Positions 58,175-64,000 of a stretch of 64,000 bases of DNA are shown here, piece after piece. Below the pieces are notes generated by a model. It had not been told where the DNA came from. It saw only the letters and a list, made by a program, of their open reading frames with translations, and made no database searches. The stretch covers positions 66,774,001 through 66,838,000 of the forward strand of contig CM060733.1 in assembly GCA_030704615.1 (NCBI GenBank). The letters run 5' to 3'. Both the position numbers and the translations under genes were made by a program. Origin of the DNA: Takakia lepidozioides. Taxonomy: Eukaryota; Plantae; Bryophyta. Position 1 is the stretch's first letter, and every line of letters starts with the position of its first letter.

Positions 58175-59880
58175 GCAGCCCCCATCTTGCATGATTGGGG
58201 CCCAGACCATCTTTCTGCTTGTGGTTGGTATTTGGATTGCCTTGCTTCAGAGACCCCAGCTCAGGAGGTGTCTTTGAGGAGAGAGAATGAGCGTATAGCA
58301 GCTACCGCCGCAACAGCCGACCTCGACATTCATGAGATAAATTTGAGGACTCTTGCAGAGAAGGAGCCTCCCGCTCAGGATACACCGGGTAAAGGTAGAA
58401 AGACAAAGGGAAAGGATGTTGCTGGTGGTGTGGGGAAAGGAAGGGGTAGGGGGGAGGGGGCACAAGGGCAGGTAGGTGGGCAGGGAAGTGTTGCAGATAC
58501 TGGCCCTCTGGTGGTTGTCCAGCAGACTCCACCGCATGGTAGGGGATCCGGGAGAAAGAACAAGGGGGTGGTTGATCCCAAGGACCCGTACCATGCAGTG
58601 GAGCATCCCACGAGGGTCATTCGCCCTACCAGGTTGGAGATGGCCAACGTCGGGTTCCTTGCCATGATGGAGTCCAAGAAATCTGATTACAAGGGCGAAC
58701 CATCACTAGTGTGGGAGAGGATTGTGGAGTTCCTCGGCACGGTGCGTGTTGTCTTTTGCTTCTTGTCTGTTGTGTGCATGGATCGTTTCAATCCTCTTGA
58801 GCATTCCATTGCATGCTTGCTTGCAGGCTAAAATGACCAAATCTTGGGTGAACAGGAAGGAGAAGCCATATGCAGCCGAACTCATCATCTTGGACATCCC
58901 TGATGGGTTGCCAGTCCCGGATGTCCCTCCATCGGGTGCTTGTCCAGGTTGGAATGCTTTTGATGAGCGCTACTGGCAGTGGATTTTCTCATTTTGCAAT
59001 TTCTTTTTGTCCGATGCAAGTGTTTTGGTGCTCATCTAGTCCATCGACCTTCGCTGTCGCCGTGCACTTGCCAGCTATTTGAAAGCCTCCGGTATGAGGG
59101 TCGTGAAGACATGGAATTGTATGAACAGCATGTACCTGACAAAGGGGGATCATCCTGGAGAGATGGTAAATCTGCCTTCTTATTCCTCTTCTTGGTGGTT
59201 CTCGGATGGAGTTGCATAAGTCGCTCAAATGAATATGTAGGGGCCTGGTTTTCAAGCTTCTTAGTTCCTTGTGTATGTCCTGTTCGCAGACTCGTTTGTT
59301 TGAAGTTGTTTGTCTCGTCCGAGTGCATCCACCTACGACTCCAGCTGTCATTAGTGAGTTTGCCATCACTCATGGGGGCAAGTTCATAGACGAGAGGACA
59401 GATCCTCCCACAGATGACATGCACCACAACTACGTGGACAACAACGTGTGCTTGCGAAGGGGGAATGGGGTTCCTTGGAGAGGGGCCAGGGAGAGGAGCC
59501 CAGCTTTCATTCAGACGATTGTGGAGTGCTGCACCTACAAAGACGCCAGAGTTCTGGATTTGTCAATGGGCACACGTTCGTCTCTTCAACATTCACATTT
59601 CGTGAGGTTTGTTTGACCTTGCACTGTCAGCTCTTCCCACCATTCCAAATGCGTCTTCAATGTCTATTTCCTTCATTGTATTCCACTGCAGGTGCCTCAT
59701 ACCACGCTTGCAAGGCCAGTGCGCGACATCTCTTTGGGATTGAAGGGGATGCCGAGATTTACAAGAACCTCCTGATGGGTTTGGGTGGACACACTTCTCA
59801 AGACCTTCCGAAGCCCCTACCCGCTGATATTGATACAGGGGAGACTTCCGACAAGGAGCTGGATGACGACTTTGCCTGTG
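58175..59880 (+). pseudogene. Beta-class N4C/N6A DNA-methyltransferase-like gene (copy B), multi-exon
   Basis: AELIILDIPDG (DIPD at 58893-58904), FLSDASVLVLI, KTWNCMN; intron 59166-59289; RGARERSPAFIQTIVECCTYKDARVLDLSMGT|xASYHACKASARHLFGIEGD. Upstream HLSACGWYLD matches HLPCFWWLD of copy A. Confidence 0.8.
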
Positions 59881-60911
59881 AGTAAGTTCAACCTCTGGAT
59901 GCTTGCATTGTTGTTTCAATACCCAGAATCACTATTCTTAAGGCAAAGTGCACATGGGAGATATCCTCTTCTTTGGACTTGTGCATTGCATCATTGTGTT
60001 CAAAATTGGTTTTTGTCCACTTGTGCAAGAGTCCGCGTGCTTCCACTGACCCTCCAGGGCTATCACACCTTTTTGGACTTCTTTCAAGTCCTCCTCAGTC
60101 TTACGTCCTACCTGTCTATGCGGAGGCACTCGCAGCAAGCATGTCCATTCATGGCACTCGCAGTCCAACCATCGACGGCCGTGGTAGAAGACGTGGTGTT
60201 GGGGCCGGAATCTTTGTGGATGACATAGCACAGGAGGTCGATACTGATTCTGGTGACTGTAACACTTGATATGAAGTTTTCTTTTGCTTTCATTCAGGGC
60301 CAATTTTGAAATGGGATGGTTGTGTGTCCTTGTTGTCATGTTTGCAATGTGTGCGTAGGATGCAAATTCATGGGAACAAACTATCGTTGGAGATGGGGGT
60401 TGCATGGACTGCCCGGATTGTTCCTTCAATCTATTTAGTGTTTTGCGGAGCTCACAGGCTTGTGTGCATTGAAAAAACAAACAAACATCTTTGGTTCGGG
60501 TAGAGCATTCTCGCATCATCTGCTCGTTGGTCTCCAAACCATTCATGCTAGAAGAATGCTTGGTAAATCCATCATGATAAAGTCCACGTGATCAAAGAGC
60601 ATTCAGGCATTCTCAATTCTGGTGAGCATCCATGATGCTCCCGCACATACCTGGCATGTTCGCAAGGGTGGTGAGTAAGAAAATATTTCGCAGGGATCCA
60701 CTTTGGATGATGTGAGTGTGCAGCTGCTCACGACGTAGGTACATTCCAATGCAGGGGCTTGGTATGTTGATAACGTCTAAATGGATGCAATGGATAGAAA
60801 GGATGGATACAATGGATGTAACACATCCAGTCTCATTCCCTAGAAATGGCCGATCAACCCGCGGAAATAGGCCCTGTATGCATGCTGACATGGCGTGAGC
60901 CTGTGCTGGGC

Positions 60912-62620
60912 TCACGGTTTCCTAGGCTCACAGAATAGCACCCCCCGTGTCAAACTGTGGTAAACTGTGATAGGTTGTGTGATGATGTGATGGGCTGTGA
61001 TAACTGTGCGACACCCGTGTTCTCCGCTCAGGCCATACACATTCGGCTCTACGACAAGTGCTTCATGCTCCGTTGGTATTACCGGTGCAGCCCGTGACTG
61101 TTTCTGTGTTTCAATATGCAAATCGTGCCGCAATGGTTTGTCATGGATACCACTGTATCCCTTCAACTTATTGGCATTGACTCTTCCCAATGTCTCTTTG
61201 TTAATGGTTTGTAACATGGTTGTGTTGTTATCATACATCTTCTGTATGACATAAGGTCCTTTCCATGGTGACTTAAGCTTAGAAGCCTTAATCTTCCCCT
61301 TCTTCTGCAACCACAAAACCAAATCACCCGTCTTAAAAGTTTTCAGTTTACCTTCATCAAATTGATCCTTCCTCTTCATCTGAATTCTGGTCATGTTATC
61401 TGCTGCATCAGCACGTACTTCTTCTACATGATATAATTCATGTTTCCTGACTTTAATTGAATCCTCCAATTCCATTCTCCTTCCCCATTCAGTTCTCATG
61501 GTAGGTAACAAGAACTCCACTGGAAGTAAAGCTTCCATACCATAAACTAATTGGAATGGTGTATACTTGGTTGTGACTTTATATGAAGTTTTGTATGACC
61601 ACAAAGCTGTAAGAAGCTTTGTATCCCAATCTGTTCTGTTTGCATTGACTATCTTAGCCAAGATAGTGCATAGTATTTTGTTTGTGGCCTTTGCCTGCCC
61701 ATTACCCTGTGGGTAATAGGTTGTACTTTTGCTGTGCACAATCATGAACTCTTTAGTCAATAGTTCTATAGTCTCGTTAATGAAGTGACTTCCCTGGTCA
61801 CTAATAAATTCCAGGGGACAGCCAAATCTTGTGAGTATGTTCTCATACAGGAATCTTGCTGTGGACTTAGCTGTGTTGTCCCTCAGTGCCTTAGCTTCCA
61901 CCCACTTTGTAGTATAATCCGTGGCTGTGATTATATATTTGTTATGTGTATTTCTGGCTGGTGGGTTAATTGGTCCAACAAAGTCTAGTCCCCATTTCTG
62001 AAATGGTTCAGTAGGTATCGTAGGATGCAAAGCCATCTTCCCAGATCTCTGCAATGGTCTTAGCCTCTGACACTCATCACAACTCTTGCAATACTTGTGT
62101 ACATCCTTGAACAAAGTAGGCCACCAGTAACCTGCAAGTAGTATCTTTCTACTGGTAGTCTCTTCTCCAAAATGACCTCCAGCCACTCCTTTATGAACTT
62201 CCACCAAAACTTTATTACTTGATGGTGGTACAAGCATCGTTTAAGAACTCCATCAGGTCCTAGCTTATACATTCTGCCACCTATCATGTAGTGTAAGGTA
62301 AAGCATGATAGCTATTCTCTTCCTCTGCTCCTTCCCATAACTAGGTGGGCACTGACCATGAGTAAGGTAGTATCCGATTGGCCACTGCCAATCTAACCAA
62401 TCATCTGCACTTCCTTGAATCTCCACTGCAAATAAACTCGCATCAGGTAATTGGTCTTCTACTCCCGTGGCGGGCTCTCCTGTTGTTAGGTGTGACAAGT
62501 GATCTGCCACAAGATGCAAACGGCCAGGCTTGTAAACAACTTCGAATTCAAACTCGTGCAAGATTATTAACCATCTTGCTATCTTGCCACTTATCAAAGG
62601 CTTGTTCACCAGATAAATGT
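60912..62620 (-). mobile_element. Non-chromovirus Gypsy RNaseH C-terminus and integrase, related to the 16.9-19.7 kb element
   Basis: 441-aa ORF with HHCC zinc finger, WGLDFVGP, FISDQGSHF, YYPQGNGQAKATNK, WKGPY. Confidence 0.93.
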
Positions 62621-62943
62621 TAAAATCTAATGTCATAGTCGGTGCAAACTATAAGGTAAAACAGTGCCATTGCAACGCTATAGTCGGTGCAGACTATAGT
62701 GGAATAAGGTCTCCTCATATGTGTTGTGCTTCATGTCACCAGAGCGACTATGAAAGTAAGGTTTCGCTCGTGTGAGCGGATATACATCCGCTCACGGATT
62801 CTTTTGCAAGTAGAATAAACAATGTTCTCGATGGAACCGTAATAGTTGGTACAGACTATGAAAGTTTCACTTTTGCTCACGTGAGCATAACCCGAAATAA
62901 CTCGGCGTACGAAGATATTGCATGCAACAATTGAATGCTTACA

Positions 62944-64000
62944 TTGCGGACATATGCCCCAAGTTGATAATAACGGTATGTCCACCACGACAACCAGCTC
63001 TCCAACACGGGAACATCTTCATCTCGAGCGGCACCAGAAGACGACCACCAAGGTCGGATGGCCAGAAATGAAACCTCCGCTTCCGCCTCAGTATTTGCTG
63101 CTCTCCACTTCGTACAAAGCTATACATGTGCATGTTGGAGGTTTTCGGAGATGTATTTTTTGGTCCACTTCTGGAGGCTCTAACCCCAGTGGAACCCACA
63201 TGTTCTCTCATGATTGGGCATGGGTTCCCCGCCTCCATACACTTCGCGAACAGCAGCCCAGTTTGCATTTGCATTGTCGACCATGAATCCCCGTAATTGC
63301 GGTTGCCCCTTCCCTGCTGGCAGCATCTGTTCATTGATGGATTCCCACATGATCTTCTGTGATTCTGTATCCTCATATTTCATTTCGCAAATTACGATCG
63401 TCATGAGCTTCCGAAGATTCGGATGGTACACGTGACAAGCCATTGTACTCCATCCGTGTATCCGCTTCACGTTGTCAAACATAATCCAGCTCCTTCCCAG
63501 CTCCCCCCCGGGATGCATCATGTCCACCAGATGGACTCCATAGCCCTTTCCAACAGTTGACATCTTGAATATGAAACATCTCTCATCGACACTTCCTTGG
63601 CCTGGGAAGCGGCTCCCAGTACCCGCTCCACTTTTTCATTGTCAGTAAAGCTTCTACTTAACTCCCAAGCCCCATTTGTGCTTTTTTCTTCTTTGTCACC
63701 ACATTTGCCCACGACACCGACCTCCTCCATGAGCTCCTCGAACTGCTCATCAAAGAGCTTCCATCTCTCGGTTACACCTGGCGATAACACCTTCTCCATG
63801 GCAATGGACTGAGCAGCAGACATTTGGACCGATTTTGGCCTGGCAGACGGTGACCTATGGATTTCTTCAGCAAGTGCAGATTTGGCTTTGGCAGCAGCTT
63901 CCCGGCATGCTCCAGGTGCAAATGGATGTGAATGAATGCCAACATGCACGGCTCCTCTGGTCATCGTTGGTGGTCCTATCATGTAGAACATTTTGGCATG
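62944..64000 (-). pseudogene. GCM-type Mutator-like transposase (copy 2), running off the window
   Basis: HVGIHSH, RCFIFKMST, WIMFDNVKRI, FMVDNANANWAAVR, CGFHW. Donor GTAAGC at the same position as the copy-1 intron. Confidence 0.85.

Noticed and set aside
35024-59880. Bacterial restriction-modification locus or contamination
   Set aside because: The amino-MTase-like genes have GT-AG introns at shared positions, and one hosts a plant solo LTR. No restriction nuclease or operon structure.

Overview
Eukaryotic, TE-saturated DNA from a land plant. Spliceosomal introns, PLS/E-type PPR debris and the TE repertoire suggest a non-seed plant (inference). The only clearly intact host gene is an intronless GT31 beta-1,3-galactosyltransferase (8011-9183, minus strand). 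The rest is nested mobile DNA: Ty3/Gypsy fragments, three solo LTRs with perfect 5-bp TSDs, a hAT element containing a tRNA-derived SINE, a LINE fragment, MITE-like elements and two long fold-backs. The main signal is at 33.4-64 kb, where remnants of at least two related, large Mutator-superfamily-like (GCM-type) DNA transposons appear to carry chromatin-modification cargo. That cargo comprises two spliced homologues of beta-class N4-cytosine/N6-adenine DNA methyltransferases with an unusual D-[LI]-P-D motif, an uncharacterised 'WNCCQW' protein next to each, a Ulp1-type SUMO protease, a stand-alone chromodomain and a RING-H2. The elements also have palindromic tandem arrays and element-specific short palindromic motifs in introns and intergenic DNA, reminiscent of VANDAL/VANC anti-silencing. 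A C5-cytosine methyltransferase fragment of the TE-borne type abuts one transposase. Most TE genes carry C-to-T-type nonsense mutations. Element boundaries could not be fixed from this window, and all family assignments are by motif recognition, not database search.
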